The notes under the pieces: model-generated
What the model saw: only the letters and a program-made list of their open reading frames with translations
The model's database searches: none
What the model was told of the DNA's origin: nothing
Program-made: the position numbers and the translations under genes
From: Bacillota bacterium
GTDB lineage: Bacteria; Bacillota; Clostridia; Peptostreptococcales; Anaerovoracaceae
Direction of reading: 5' to 3'
DNA: 64,000 nucleotides
NCBI GenBank assembly: GCA_905372035.1
Contig: CAJPNN010000002.1
Location: 1,497 to 65,496 of the forward strand
Part shown: positions 1 to 12,527 of the stretch, in pieces
Layout: each line of letters starts with the position of its first letter
Position numbering within the stretch: the stretch's first letter is position 1

Positions 1-183
1 GCAGAAACTTTTAATAGATGGCAAAAGGAAATACTTAATGCATTTAAATTCCATCTTACCAAGGGCTTTACGGAAGGGTGTAATAATCGAATCAAAGTAA
101 TTAAGAGAGTTTCTTATGGCTTTAAAAATTTCGAGAGGTTTAGAAAAAAGATACTCCATAGTCTATATAAAAGCAGTGCTTAA
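1..183 (+). mobile_element. ISL3-family transposase, C-terminal fragment (the 5' part lies left of the window)
   Basis: Frame 1 is open from base 1 and reads AETFNRWQKEILNAFKFHLTKGFTEGCNNRIKVIKRVSYGFKNFERFRKKILHSLYKSSA, stop at 181-183. The TEG.NN.IKV.KR..YGF.NF..FR..IL pattern is the conserved C-terminal block of DDE_Tnp_ISL3 transposases. It is absent from the ORF track because there is no start codon in the window. Confidence 0.7.
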
Positions 184-357
184 GCATTCGACTTTTGTTT
201 TATCAGATTTCATAAATTTTATAATAAAGAGAAAACTCATAAGGCTTATTGATAAGCTCTATATTTTCTTACCATTTTTTTGAATATAAGCCGGTATTTT
301 TATTTGTAAAATATCATAAAAGCTAAATATGGTGAATGTATTTTAACAATAAACGAA

Positions 358-383
358 AATCACCGAATTTTACTCCGGTGATT
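358..383. terminator. 8-bp stem hairpin (AATCACCG / CGGTGATT, 10-nt loop) with T-rich flanks on both strands. Possible bidirectional intrinsic terminator for the transposase and/or nifJ.
   Basis: Stem arms at 358-365 and 376-383 read directly. The plus strand continues CTACATTTTTATCAT. The minus strand continues TTCGTTTATTGTT. It lies 110 nt downstream of the nifJ stop. Confidence 0.45.
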
Positions 384-493
384 CTACATTTTTATCATAT
401 TTGCGGCACTACCCCAACATTTGACATAGAACCGTTTATGTAATAAAAATTGGGGAATATTAAAAATCTCATAAATTCTCTACAAAACTATTG

Positions 494-4039
<3,546 letters not shown>

Positions 4040-4664
4040 TTAAAATTACCATATTTTCCCTCACGCATATAAGCTTATTCCAATAAGATATAACTTTTTG
4101 ACACATTAGTAAAGTAATTTTTTCAAAGAATCCTGTATACAAATTTGATTAACCGAATATTTTAAGGTATGTTTTTCCCGTCACTGCAAGCTCTATATTC
4201 GTTCCAACGATCTTAAAGTGCATGTCATTATATCACCGCACTCATATAAAAACAATCCTGAAAACGGCAAGTGAAACGGTTTTTTAGGATATTTTATATA
4301 GGTAATACGCAGATTATACACTCCCTTACGGTAAGATTCCTTATTTGCATATAAATTATCAACTTTTTACTATAATTTTTTTATTTAAAGTAATATAATT
4401 TTTATTACCTTATATATATATTTTCTTATGCAAACTTTCACTTTTTCAAAATTATATTTCTTAAAACTCTATATTTTTTATAATTTTTACGGTTAGTTAC
4501 GTTTAATCGCTATAAAAAGTAAATTTATTTGATGTTAAATTTTAAAAAATGTGTACTATCAATATTGTATATGTTAAAATATTGTCAGTGATTATACCGT
4601 TATAATTATTGTGACGGTTAGACTACATATATGCTATATATTGCTGAGAGGAGGAAAATTTTTA

Positions 4665-5975
4665 ATGAACCGTAAGCACTTGAACAGTATTCATGTTAAC
4701 CATAACAAAAATACTGAAAAATGCTCTACCGAAATCATGCCTGTACCCGACAAAGTGTACATATCAATGTCACAACACATAGGTGCACCTTGCAAGCCTC
4801 TTGTTGCAAAAGGGGATGAAGTTAAAGTCGGACAAGTTATAGGTGACAGTGACGCTTTTGTCAGCGCACCTATACATTCCAGTGTCTCAGGTAAGGTGGT
4901 CGGCATTGAAGAAGCTCGTTCGGCTGCGGGCGGCGTGGATCAGCTTGTCGTTATAGAAACCGACAAGAAACAGGAGGTGGCTGAAACTGTAAAACCTCCG
5001 GTGGTTTCAGGGAAAGAAGACTTTATAAAGGCTGTAAGAGACAGCGGTCTTGTGGGTCTCGGCGGAGCATCATTCCCCACACATGTAAAATATAACCCTA
5101 AAAATCTTGACGAGGTCGATACTCTGATAGTAAATGCGGCGGAATGTGAACCTTTCATCACATCAGATCACAGGCTTATGCTTGAAGATACCCGAAACAT
5201 AATTGACGGTATTCTTACAGTCATGAAATATTTGGATCTGAAAAAAGCATATATAGGCGTTGAAAGTAATAAACCTGACGCTATCGAAAAACTGAAAGAA
5301 GAGATAACGAAAAGCGGTCATCCCGAAATAGAAGTAATAACGCTCAGATCCAGATACCCTCAAGGTGCTGAGCGTGTAATGATTTATGAAATAACCGGGA
5401 AACACATGGATGCCGGCGTTCTTCCCGCACAGCTCGGGATCATTCTTTCAAATGTAACTTCGATTGCATTTATAGGAGAATATTTTAAAACGGGCATGCC
5501 GCTTATTGCAAAGCGGATAACCGTTGACGGAGATGCCGTAAACTCTCCTAAAAATATAATCGTTCCTATAGGTACAAAAATTTATGATATCATCAATTTT
5601 TGCGGCGGATATAAAAGTGAACCTAAAAAAATAATAATGGGCGGACCGATGATGGGGCGTGCAATTTTCAGTGACAACCTGCCTCTCGTCAAAAATAACA
5701 ATGCTATTTTAGCGTTCACAAAAGATAAAGCCGATATTCAAATGGAAACCCAGTGTATAAACTGCGGCAGATGTCATCATGCCTGTCCTTTCAAATTGAT
5801 GCCTACCGCACTCAGTAATGCTATGGAACAGCGTGATGCCGACAGGCTCAAAAAACTTAAAGTTATGTCATGTATGGAATGCGGCAGCTGTGCTTATGTA
5901 TGTCCTGCTAAACGTCCTCTCGGATTTAACAATAAACTGGGAAAAGCTATTCTAAAGGAGGCAGAGAGTAAATGA
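4665..5975 (+). CDS. rnfC: Rnf electron-transport complex subunit C
   Basis: RnfC-like N-terminus (SQHIGAPCKPLVAKGDEVKVGQ), GLVGLGGASFPTHVK, and two 4Fe-4S motifs (CINCGRCHHACP, CMECGSCAYVCP). Start placed at the ATG at 4665 behind GAGAGGAGG. The ORF-track start at 4611 has no SD. Confidence 0.9.
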   Translation: MNRKHLNSIHVNHNKNTEKCSTEIMPVPDKVYISMSQHIGAPCKPLVAKGDEVKVGQVIGDSDAFVSAPIHSSVSGKVVGIEEARSAAGGVDQLVVIETDKKQEVAETVKPPVVSGKEDFIKAVRDSGLVGLGGASFPTHVKYNPKNLDEVDTLIVNAAECEPFITSDHRLMLEDTRNIIDGILTVMKYLDLKKAYIGVESNKPDAIEKLKEEITKSGHPEIEVITLRSRYPQGAERVMIYEITGKHMDAGVLPAQLGIILSNVTSIAFIGEYFKTGMPLIAKRITVDGDAVNSPKNIIVPIGTKIYDIINFCGGYKSEPKKIIMGGPMMGRAIFSDNLPLVKNNNAILAFTKDKADIQMETQCINCGRCHHACPFKLMPTALSNAMEQRDADRLKKLKVMSCMECGSCAYVCPAKRPLGFNNKLGKAILKEAESK

Positions 5976-6937
5976 GCATAAACACAAATGATAATTTAAT
6001 CGTTTCGTCATCTCCGCATCTGGTCGATGACATAACCACTTCAAAGATTATGACTTATGTGCTGATCGCCCTTTTCCCGGCGTTGGTCGTTTCCGGCATA
6101 GTCTTCGGACCGAGAGCGATAATTCTTACTCTGGTTTGTGCAGTTTCGTCAGTCTTGTTTGAATACCTGTTCAACAAGATTACAAAGCGCAGTCAGACTA
6201 TATCGGATAGAAGTGCAATCGTTACAGGTGTACTTTTAGCATTCAACATACCGTCAAATTTTCCGTATTGGATGGCAATAATAGGATGCTTTGTAGCTAT
6301 CGTAATTGTAAAATGTTTATTCGGCGGCATAGGACAAAACTTTGCGAACCCCGCTCTGGTTGCTCGTATAGTCCTTTTTATATCATTTGCCACAAACATG
6401 ACGAGTTGGCCTGTTCCCGGTGAAAGAATTTTACTTGCATCGGATGCAAAAACCGCTGCAACTCCTCTGGGTCTTTTGCAGCACGGGGATTTTGACAACA
6501 TGCCTTCAAACATGAGTCTGTTCCTCGGAACGATCGGAGGTTCAATGGGTGAAGTAAGCGCTTTGGCATTGCTTATCGGAGGCCTTTTCCTTATATGGAA
6601 AAAGGTCATAAGCCCTATAACTCCTGTTTGTTTTATAGCGGTCGTTGCCATATTTGCTCTTCTTGCCGGACAGGATCCTGTTTTCCACGTTTGTGCCGGA
6701 GGTGTTATGATAGGTGCATTTTTCATGGCGACCGATTATGCGACAACTCCCATAACAAATTTGGGTAAAGCGATTTTCGGAATAGGCTGCGGATTTTTAA
6801 CGATGTCAATCCGTCTGTTCGGTTCATATCCTGAAGGAGTTTCTTTTGCTATAGTTATTATGAACATGTGTACTCCTTTGATCGATATGGCTTGTCAGAA
6901 AAAATTATACGGGGGTGCTGAAAAAAATGAAAAATAA
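5972..6937 (+). CDS. rnfD: Rnf complex subunit D (polytopic membrane protein, FMN attachment region TAATPLG)
   Basis: 321-aa hydrophobic ORF. Its ATG overlaps the rnfC stop (ATGA), with AGGAGG upstream. DAKTAATPLGLL matches the RnfD/NqrB flavinylation region. Confidence 0.9.
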   Translation: MSINTNDNLIVSSSPHLVDDITTSKIMTYVLIALFPALVVSGIVFGPRAIILTLVCAVSSVLFEYLFNKITKRSQTISDRSAIVTGVLLAFNIPSNFPYWMAIIGCFVAIVIVKCLFGGIGQNFANPALVARIVLFISFATNMTSWPVPGERILLASDAKTAATPLGLLQHGDFDNMPSNMSLFLGTIGGSMGEVSALALLIGGLFLIWKKVISPITPVCFIAVVAIFALLAGQDPVFHVCAGGVMIGAFFMATDYATTPITNLGKAIFGIGCGFLTMSIRLFGSYPEGVSFAIVIMNMCTPLIDMACQKKLYGGAEKNEK

Positions 6938-7496
6938 TGCAAACTTCAAAGAAAATGTAGCCCCTGCTCTTGTATTGTTCATAATATGCCTTGTCGTAAC
7001 TTTCGCTTTGGCTGCTACCGACACTGCAACCACACCTAAAATCGCGGCTATAAAAAAAGCCAATGCGGACGCTGCAAGAGCTGTCGTACTATCTTCCGCC
7101 AAGGAAAACGGTAAAGCGGAATTTAACGAATACAAGGGGAAACTTGTTGACGGTGTAATTGAGTGTTATACTGCAAAAAATAAGTCGGGAATTGCCATAA
7201 CCGCTCAGGCACCGAGTTTCGGCGGACTGATAACGGTTATGGTGGGTATAGATAAAGACGGCAAAGTAAAAGGCGTAACGGTAACCGATCACAAAGATAC
7301 TCCCGGACTCGGGACGCTTGCAATGGATGCCGGATATCTGAAACAATATAATAATTGTAAAAAAGCGAATGCAGACAATATAAAAGATGACGGCGAGATC
7401 AAGGCAATAACCGGTGCTACCATTTCATCAAACGGTATATACCAATCGGTACGCCATGCTCTTGCACAATACAAAGAAATGGGAGGTGTTAAGTAA
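6915..7496 (+). CDS. rnfG: Rnf complex subunit G (FMN-binding)
   Basis: N-terminal TM helix, DTPGLG and the flavinylation motif ITGATISS. The start is ambiguous between the GTG at 6915 and the ATG at 6927. Confidence 0.88.
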   Translation: MLKKMKNNANFKENVAPALVLFIICLVVTFALAATDTATTPKIAAIKKANADAARAVVLSSAKENGKAEFNEYKGKLVDGVIECYTAKNKSGIAITAQAPSFGGLITVMVGIDKDGKVKGVTVTDHKDTPGLGTLAMDAGYLKQYNNCKKANADNIKDDGEIKAITGATISSNGIYQSVRHALAQYKEMGGVK

Positions 7497-8305
7497 TGAA
7501 CAAGATAAGCATAATTACTAAAGGCATCATAAAAGAAAATCCCGTTTTGGTATTATTGCTCGGAACTTGCCCTTTCCTCGCTACAACGACTTCCGCATTT
7601 AACGGACTCGGAATGGGTGTTTCAACTACGGCGGTTTTAATCTGCTCCAACGTGGTAATTTCTCTCTTAAAAAAAGTTATTCCGGACAAAGTTCGTATAC
7701 CTTGCTATATAGTTGTGATAGCGGGATTCGTAACTGTAGTTCAGATGCTTTTGAAAGCCTATTTACCTGCACTTGATAAATCTTTGGGATTATTTATTCC
7801 TTTGATAGTTGTAAACTGCATTATACTCGGCAGAGCTGAAATGTTTGCAAGTAAAAACACGGTTTTCGATTCATTGTTGGACGGACTTGGCATGGGGCTC
7901 GGATTTACTTTCGCACTGTTTATGATGGGAGCTATAAGAGAACTTTTAGGTTCCGGAGCAATTTTAGGTTTCGGTGTTATACCTAAGGCTGTCGCTCCTA
8001 TGACGATATTTATGCTTGCACCGGGCGGGTTCTTCGTTTACGGATGCCTTGTTGCGGCAATAAATTATTTATCAAACGGAAGAGCTATAAAGAAAAAAGA
8101 TTTCAGCTGTGATGCCTGCGGTGCTTGCGGCGGATGTTGCGGCGGCGATGCAAATGCGGACAGCGATGTTGCGAGCGCAGCCGCGGCGGATAAAGCTTCT
8201 CCTGCTTCCGATTCGAATACAGGGGAATATAAAGCTGTAATAACTGCTCCTGATGCTTCCGACAGCACCGTCGGTGCTGATGACAAGAAAGGAGGTCGGG
8301 AATAA
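7496..8305 (+). CDS. rnfE: Rnf complex subunit E with an unusual Cys-rich, Ala/Ser/Asp-rich C-terminal extension of about 70 aa
   Basis: NqrD/RnfE-like core (ENPVLVLLLGTCPFLATT, LGLFIPLIVVNCIILGRAE). The ATG overlaps the rnfG stop, behind GGGAGG. The tail starts near 8075 and carries CDACGACGGCC at 8108-8140. Confidence 0.88.
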   Translation: MNKISIITKGIIKENPVLVLLLGTCPFLATTTSAFNGLGMGVSTTAVLICSNVVISLLKKVIPDKVRIPCYIVVIAGFVTVVQMLLKAYLPALDKSLGLFIPLIVVNCIILGRAEMFASKNTVFDSLLDGLGMGLGFTFALFMMGAIRELLGSGAILGFGVIPKAVAPMTIFMLAPGGFFVYGCLVAAINYLSNGRAIKKKDFSCDACGACGGCCGGDANADSDVASAAAADKASPASDSNTGEYKAVITAPDASDSTVGADDKKGGRE

Positions 8306-8895
8306 TGAAAGAAATGATCATGATACTCATAAGTGTCGTTCTTGTTAACAATTTCGTTCTTTCACAATTTTTAGGTGTCTGCCCGTTCTTAGGCGTTTCA
8401 AAAAAACTTGATTCCGCCGTTGGAATGAGCGCCGCCGTTACTTTTGTAATGGTTCTTGCTACGGCAGTTACATGGCCTGTTATGCATCTGATATTGGTAC
8501 CTCAGAAAATAGCATATTTGCAAACGGTTGTATTTATACTTGTAATCGCATCTCTCGTGCAGTTGGTAGAAATGATCCTTAAGAAACATTCACCCGGGCT
8601 GCACAAGTCCTTAGGTGTTTATCTGCCTTTGATAACTACAAACTGTGCGGTTTTGGGTGTAGCTATAACCAATATAGATAAGGATTTTTCCTATCTTCAA
8701 TCTCTTGTAAATGCTTTCGGTGCAGGTTTGGGCTTCCTTGTTGCCATGTCGCTTTTTGCCGGCATAAGGGAAAAGATTCAATATAACAATTTTCCTAAGG
8801 CTTTCCAAGGTATTCCTTACGTACTCGTTGCAGCATCTATTCTGTCACTTTCCTTTATGGGATTTGCCGGTATAGTTGACGGTTTATTTAAGTAG
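8305..8895 (+). CDS. rnfA: Rnf complex subunit A
   Basis: 196-aa RnfA/NqrE-like core (NNFVLSQFLGVCPFLGVS, LGVYLPLITTNCAVLG), with GGAGG upstream. Confidence 0.9.
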   Translation: MKEMIMILISVVLVNNFVLSQFLGVCPFLGVSKKLDSAVGMSAAVTFVMVLATAVTWPVMHLILVPQKIAYLQTVVFILVIASLVQLVEMILKKHSPGLHKSLGVYLPLITTNCAVLGVAITNIDKDFSYLQSLVNAFGAGLGFLVAMSLFAGIREKIQYNNFPKAFQGIPYVLVAASILSLSFMGFAGIVDGLFK

Positions 8896-8907
8896 GGAGG
8901 TGCTGAA

Positions 8908-9780
8908 ATGAATTATTTAATTCCGGTCGTGGTGGTTGCACTTATAGGTCTGATTGCGGGAATAATACTTACTATATTCTCAAAGCTTATGGCTGTAAGT
9001 GTAGATGAACGTGTAGCCTTGATAAGAGAAGTTTTACCGGGTGCAAACTGCGGAGCTTGCGGTTTTGCAGGCTGCGATGATTATGCCGCAGCGTTGGGTT
9101 CCGATTCGGACGTCGCTCCCAATCTCTGCCCTCCGGGAGGTACTTCGGTCGCTGCACAAATAGCTGAAATATTAGGAGTGGATGCGGGTTCAACCGAAGC
9201 AAAATATGCGGAAGTTCTTTGCAAAGGTTCATGCGAACATACAAAACCTCTTATGGAGTATCAGGGTATAAAAACCTGTAAGGCCGTAAAAAACTTCTTC
9301 GGCGGACATGGAAGTTGCCGCTACGGTTGTCTCGGATTCGGTGACTGCGTGACGGCTTGCCCGTATGATGCCATCCACGTTGTCGACGGTGTCGCTATAG
9401 TTGACAGAAATAATTGCGTGGGCTGCGGACTTTGTGTAAAAGCTTGTCCTAACGATATAATACAGATCGCTCCGGGTAAAAATCTTATATACGTGGGATG
9501 CAGCAATCAGGATAAAGGCGGCGTTGCGAGAAAAACCTGCGGGGTTGCATGCATAGGCTGTATGAAATGTGTTAAAGCCTGTAGATTTGATTCTATAAAG
9601 GTTGAAAACAATCTTGCATATATAAACCCTGAAACTTGCAGAAACTGTACCATGTGTGTAAAAGAATGTCCTACAGGTGCTATCATGCAGCTTCCTCGTC
9701 CTAAAAAGCCTGCTGCGAAAACACAAACGGCAAAACCTCAGCCTTCACAACCTGAAAATCAACAGGTTGCAAATGCATAG
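8908..9780 (+). CDS. rnfB: Rnf complex subunit B (N-terminal TM helix, Cys cluster and several 4Fe-4S ferredoxin domains)
   Basis: TM helix, CGACGFAGCDDYA, then repeated CxxCxxCxxxCP motifs (CVGCGLCVKACP, CIGCMKCVKAC, CRNCTMCVKECP). SD GGGAGG. The gene order rnfCDGEAB is the clostridial type. Confidence 0.9.
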   Translation: MNYLIPVVVVALIGLIAGIILTIFSKLMAVSVDERVALIREVLPGANCGACGFAGCDDYAAALGSDSDVAPNLCPPGGTSVAAQIAEILGVDAGSTEAKYAEVLCKGSCEHTKPLMEYQGIKTCKAVKNFFGGHGSCRYGCLGFGDCVTACPYDAIHVVDGVAIVDRNNCVGCGLCVKACPNDIIQIAPGKNLIYVGCSNQDKGGVARKTCGVACIGCMKCVKACRFDSIKVENNLAYINPETCRNCTMCVKECPTGAIMQLPRPKKPAAKTQTAKPQPSQPENQQVANA

Positions 9781-9803
9781 TAAAAATACATTAACTGTTA
9801 ATA

Positions 9804-9842
9804 AAAAACACCGGTGCCGCCTTGCTGTCCGGTGTTTTTTTC
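9804..9842 (+). terminator. intrinsic terminator of the rnf operon
   Basis: AAAAAACACCGG - 14-nt loop - CCGGTGTTTTTTTT, 24 nt after the rnfB stop. Confidence 0.8.
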
Positions 9843-9984
9843 CTTTGCTTATAAGGATATTGGAAAATCAACACTTTTATGCTAAAATGTTTAGCAGCGG
9901 ACATATTTGATCTCAGTAATCAATAATCCATTTAATTGTCGACCGTTTATTCATAAATCTATTGATTTAAAGGGGTATTTAACA

Positions 9985-10392
9985 TTGGCAGATTATAAAA
10001 GCAATAAACCTAAAATTAGAGATATCATAAAAAAAGGCGATATAATCCTGGCGGTTTTTTTTATAATTGCCGGCCTTGTTCCCATGTTTTTTATGTTTCA
10101 AAACGAAGAACCGGGTCACAATATAAATGTAAGTGTGAATTCTAAGCATTATGGAAGTTATTCTTTGGATAAAGACCGTACGATCAAGATCAAACAGCCG
10201 AACGGCCATATAAATATAATTGAAATAAAAAATGGAAAAGCATATATGAAATATTCCGATTGCAAGAATCAAAACTGCGTACATCAGGGGAAAATAAATT
10301 CAAACAATCAAAATATAGTTTGTCTTCCCAACAAGGTTATGGTAACTGTAGATTCCGATAAAAAACAGGAATTTGATTCCGTTTCGAAATGA
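9985..10392 (+). CDS. NusG domain II (DUF1312)-containing membrane protein
   Basis: Short N-terminus, one TM helix (ILAVFFIIAGLVPMFFMF), then a beta-rich domain ending DCKNQNCVHQGKI...IVCLPNKV, the pattern of NusG_II family proteins. Start taken as the in-frame TTG at 9985 behind AAAGGGG. The ORF-track start at 9907 is only 65 nt past the rnf terminator and has no SD. Confidence 0.6.
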   Translation: MADYKSNKPKIRDIIKKGDIILAVFFIIAGLVPMFFMFQNEEPGHNINVSVNSKHYGSYSLDKDRTIKIKQPNGHINIIEIKNGKAYMKYSDCKNQNCVHQGKINSNNQNIVCLPNKVMVTVDSDKKQEFDSVSK

Positions 10393-10531
10393 TTTTTAAG
10401 AAATGATTTTTTCATAGATAAATTATTTCTAATTAGAAAATAATTTTCAGTATAAAATGGATAATTCCTCTATCGGCTGTAAGGGATATTAACCATAAAT
10501 ATATTGTAGAAGAGCAGAAAGGTATATATAA

Positions 10532-11056
10532 GTGGAGAACAAAAACTTTACAAATCGTATAGCCTTATGTGGTATATTTACCGCACTGGCTTTAATATTT
10601 TCATATGTGGAGGCAATTGTCCCTCTCCCTCTCGGTGTCCCCGGCATAAAAATGGGATTTGCCAATATAATAATAGTCGTAGCTCTTTATACTATGGATG
10701 CAAAAACCGCATTCGCTATAAATATACTCAGAATAATAATCGCAGGACTTCTCTTCACGGGCGTTTTCGGTATGCTTTATTCACTTGCAGGCGGAATATT
10801 AAGCTTTTTATCCATGCTGATTATAAAAAAAATAAAGTATTTCAGTATACTCGGTGTAAGTATCTCCGGCGGTGTTGCACATAATTTAGGACAAATTCTG
10901 ACTGCAGCTCTAATAATAAGCAATATAAAAATGTTCGTATATTTTCCTGTTTTAGTCCTGTCGGGAGTTGTAACGGGTACGATCATAGGCTTTATCTCAC
11001 TTAACATCATAAATATTCTTCCCGCTTCAATAAAAGTACGCTTACATCGTTTCTAA
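10532..11056 (+). CDS. Gx transporter family protein (Hpre_diP_synt_I / heptaprenyl diphosphate synthase component I-like membrane protein)
   Basis: 174-aa polytopic ORF with LIFSYVEAIVPLPLGVPGIKMGFANIIIVVALY and GGVAHNLGQIL, as I remember this family. GTG start behind AGAAAGG. It usually partners NusG_II proteins. Confidence 0.6.
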   Translation: MENKNFTNRIALCGIFTALALIFSYVEAIVPLPLGVPGIKMGFANIIIVVALYTMDAKTAFAINILRIIIAGLLFTGVFGMLYSLAGGILSFLSMLIIKKIKYFSILGVSISGGVAHNLGQILTAALIISNIKMFVYFPVLVLSGVVTGTIIGFISLNIINILPASIKVRLHRF

Positions 11057-11088
11057 CCTTATTATTTCAGCGAGTTCGGTACAAGTTT

Positions 11089-12087
11089 TCAAAGTTTCAA
11101 CTTAATCTCATCCTTCGTACACAAAAGTGCAACCAAAACCGATTTTATACTGTGCATTCGGTTTTCAGCCTGATCAAAAACAATAGAATTTTTTCCCCTG
11201 AAAACATCATCTGTTACTTCTCTTATATCTATGCCCTTCTCCATCCAATGTTTTGCCGTTTCTGTTTCAAAATCATGAAATGCCGGCAGACAGTGCATAA
11301 ATTTCACATCAGAATTTCCTGTTTTATCAAGCATATTTTGATCTACCTGATAAGCTTTTAAAAGCTCGACTCTATCCGGGGTTTTGTGTTCTTCTCCCAT
11401 AGATGCCCAAATATCCGTGTATATAACATCTGCACCTTTAAGTGCTTTCGGATCATCGGTAATGCTGACATTTCCACCTGCAAGCATAACCTTTTCCAAT
11501 ATCTCCTTATCCGGTTCCAGCGATTTCGGACCGAAAGCAACCATCTCATATCCGAACTTACATGCCCCGTACATGAGTGCATATGACATATTATTTCTTA
11601 TATCTCCGGTAAATACCAACTTTACATTTTCAATAGGTTTATTCACTTCCTCTTCAATAGTCATAACATCCGCAAGTACCTGTGTAGGATGATCCATATC
11701 CGTAAGCCCGTTCCAAACGGGAACACCTGAATATTTCGCCAAATCTTCAACTATTTTTTGTTCAAATCCTCTATATTCTATGCCGTCAAAAAATCTTCCG
11801 AGAACTTTTGCCGAATCTTCCAATGATTCTTTTTTCCCTATCTGTGAGCTTTTACTGTCTAAAAATGTGACATTACCGCCTTCATCATGCACCGCAACTT
11901 CAAACGAGCCTCTCGTCCTTGTAGAGGTTTTTTCAAACAACAGTACTATATTTTTCCCTTCCAGTAAGTTTCCTGTTCGTCCCGCTTTTTTCGCCGCCTT
12001 TAATTTGTGTCCGAGTTCTATGAAATATTTAGCTTCACTCTTTGTAAAATCCATAAGTGTTAAAAAGCTTCTTCCTTTAAGTTCCAT
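11089..12087 (-). CDS. argF: ornithine carbamoyltransferase
   Basis: 332 aa with STRTR, HPTQ, DIWASMGEE and FMHCLPAFH motifs. Confidence 0.92.
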   Translation of the reverse strand: MELKGRSFLTLMDFTKSEAKYFIELGHKLKAAKKAGRTGNLLEGKNIVLLFEKTSTRTRGSFEVAVHDEGGNVTFLDSKSSQIGKKESLEDSAKVLGRFFDGIEYRGFEQKIVEDLAKYSGVPVWNGLTDMDHPTQVLADVMTIEEEVNKPIENVKLVFTGDIRNNMSYALMYGACKFGYEMVAFGPKSLEPDKEILEKVMLAGGNVSITDDPKALKGADVIYTDIWASMGEEHKTPDRVELLKAYQVDQNMLDKTGNSDVKFMHCLPAFHDFETETAKHWMEKGIDIREVTDDVFRGKNSIVFDQAENRMHSIKSVLVALLCTKDEIKLKL

Positions 12088-12260
12088 TGTATCACCTTCC
12101 CGTCATTTTCCGCTATTTTTATGTGATTGGCTTATACTCCCAAACAAGTTGAGAGCATCCTGCTTGCAAGCTATGTAGCTGTATAAGTTTTAACCGTTTT
12201 TAGTAAACAAGTATAATTATACTTGTTTTACTTAGTATTATAGAATATTTACGTATAAAT

Positions 12261-12292
12261 ATCAATATAAATGTATAAATATTTATATTGAT
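12261..12292. promoter_or_regulatory. perfect 12-bp inverted repeat ATCAATATAAAT-N8-ATTTATATTGAT upstream of argF. Candidate ArgR/AhrC-type operator.
   Basis: Arms at 12261-12272 and 12281-12292 read directly. It sits about 175-205 nt upstream of the argF start. Adjacent ARG-box-like half sites are AGAATATTTACGTA at 12242-12255 and TCAATATAAATGTA at 12262-12275. Confidence 0.3.
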
Positions 12293-12380
12293 GCTCTCAA
12301 TTCATTCTTAAATTAATTTCACTTGTTAAAAAACTTATCTGCAGGTATAATCCCTTCTTCTTTGACAGTTAATTTAACTT

Positions 12381-12422
12381 AAAAACCGGCAAACGCTCCA
12401 ATAAGCGGCTCCGCCGGTTTTC
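12381..12422 (-). terminator. intrinsic terminator downstream of the DUF1836 gene
   Basis: AAAACCGGC ... GCCGGTTTT arms with a structured loop. On the minus strand it is followed by TTTTTAAG. It lies about 105 nt past the stop at 12528. Confidence 0.6.
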
Positions 12423-12527
12423 TAAATGCTTTTAATTTATTGTATCTGCGCTACTTCTTCAAGTCCCTGATAATTTTTTTCATATTTTTTTCGGGGATTA
12501 TCTCAGTATCGGAAGCAATCTTTTCTT

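Noticed and set aside
4571-4588. Rex-like operator (TTGTTAA-N4-TTAACAA type) upstream of rnfC: ATGTTAAAATATTGTCAG
   Set aside because: Only the left half matches and the right half has at least two mismatches. In DNA this AT-rich such partial matches are expected by chance.
4611-4664. Longer rnfC N-terminus (MTVRLHICYILLRGGKFL...) from the ORF track
   Set aside because: It starts at a GTG (4611) with no SD upstream. The GAGAGGAGG SD inside this stretch serves the ATG at 4665, and the extra residues are not RnfC-like.
9677-9910. 77-aa plus-strand ORF overlapping the rnfB 3' end and running through the rnf terminator
   Set aside because: It is out of frame within rnfB, spans a strong intrinsic terminator, and has no SD and a low-complexity basic sequence.
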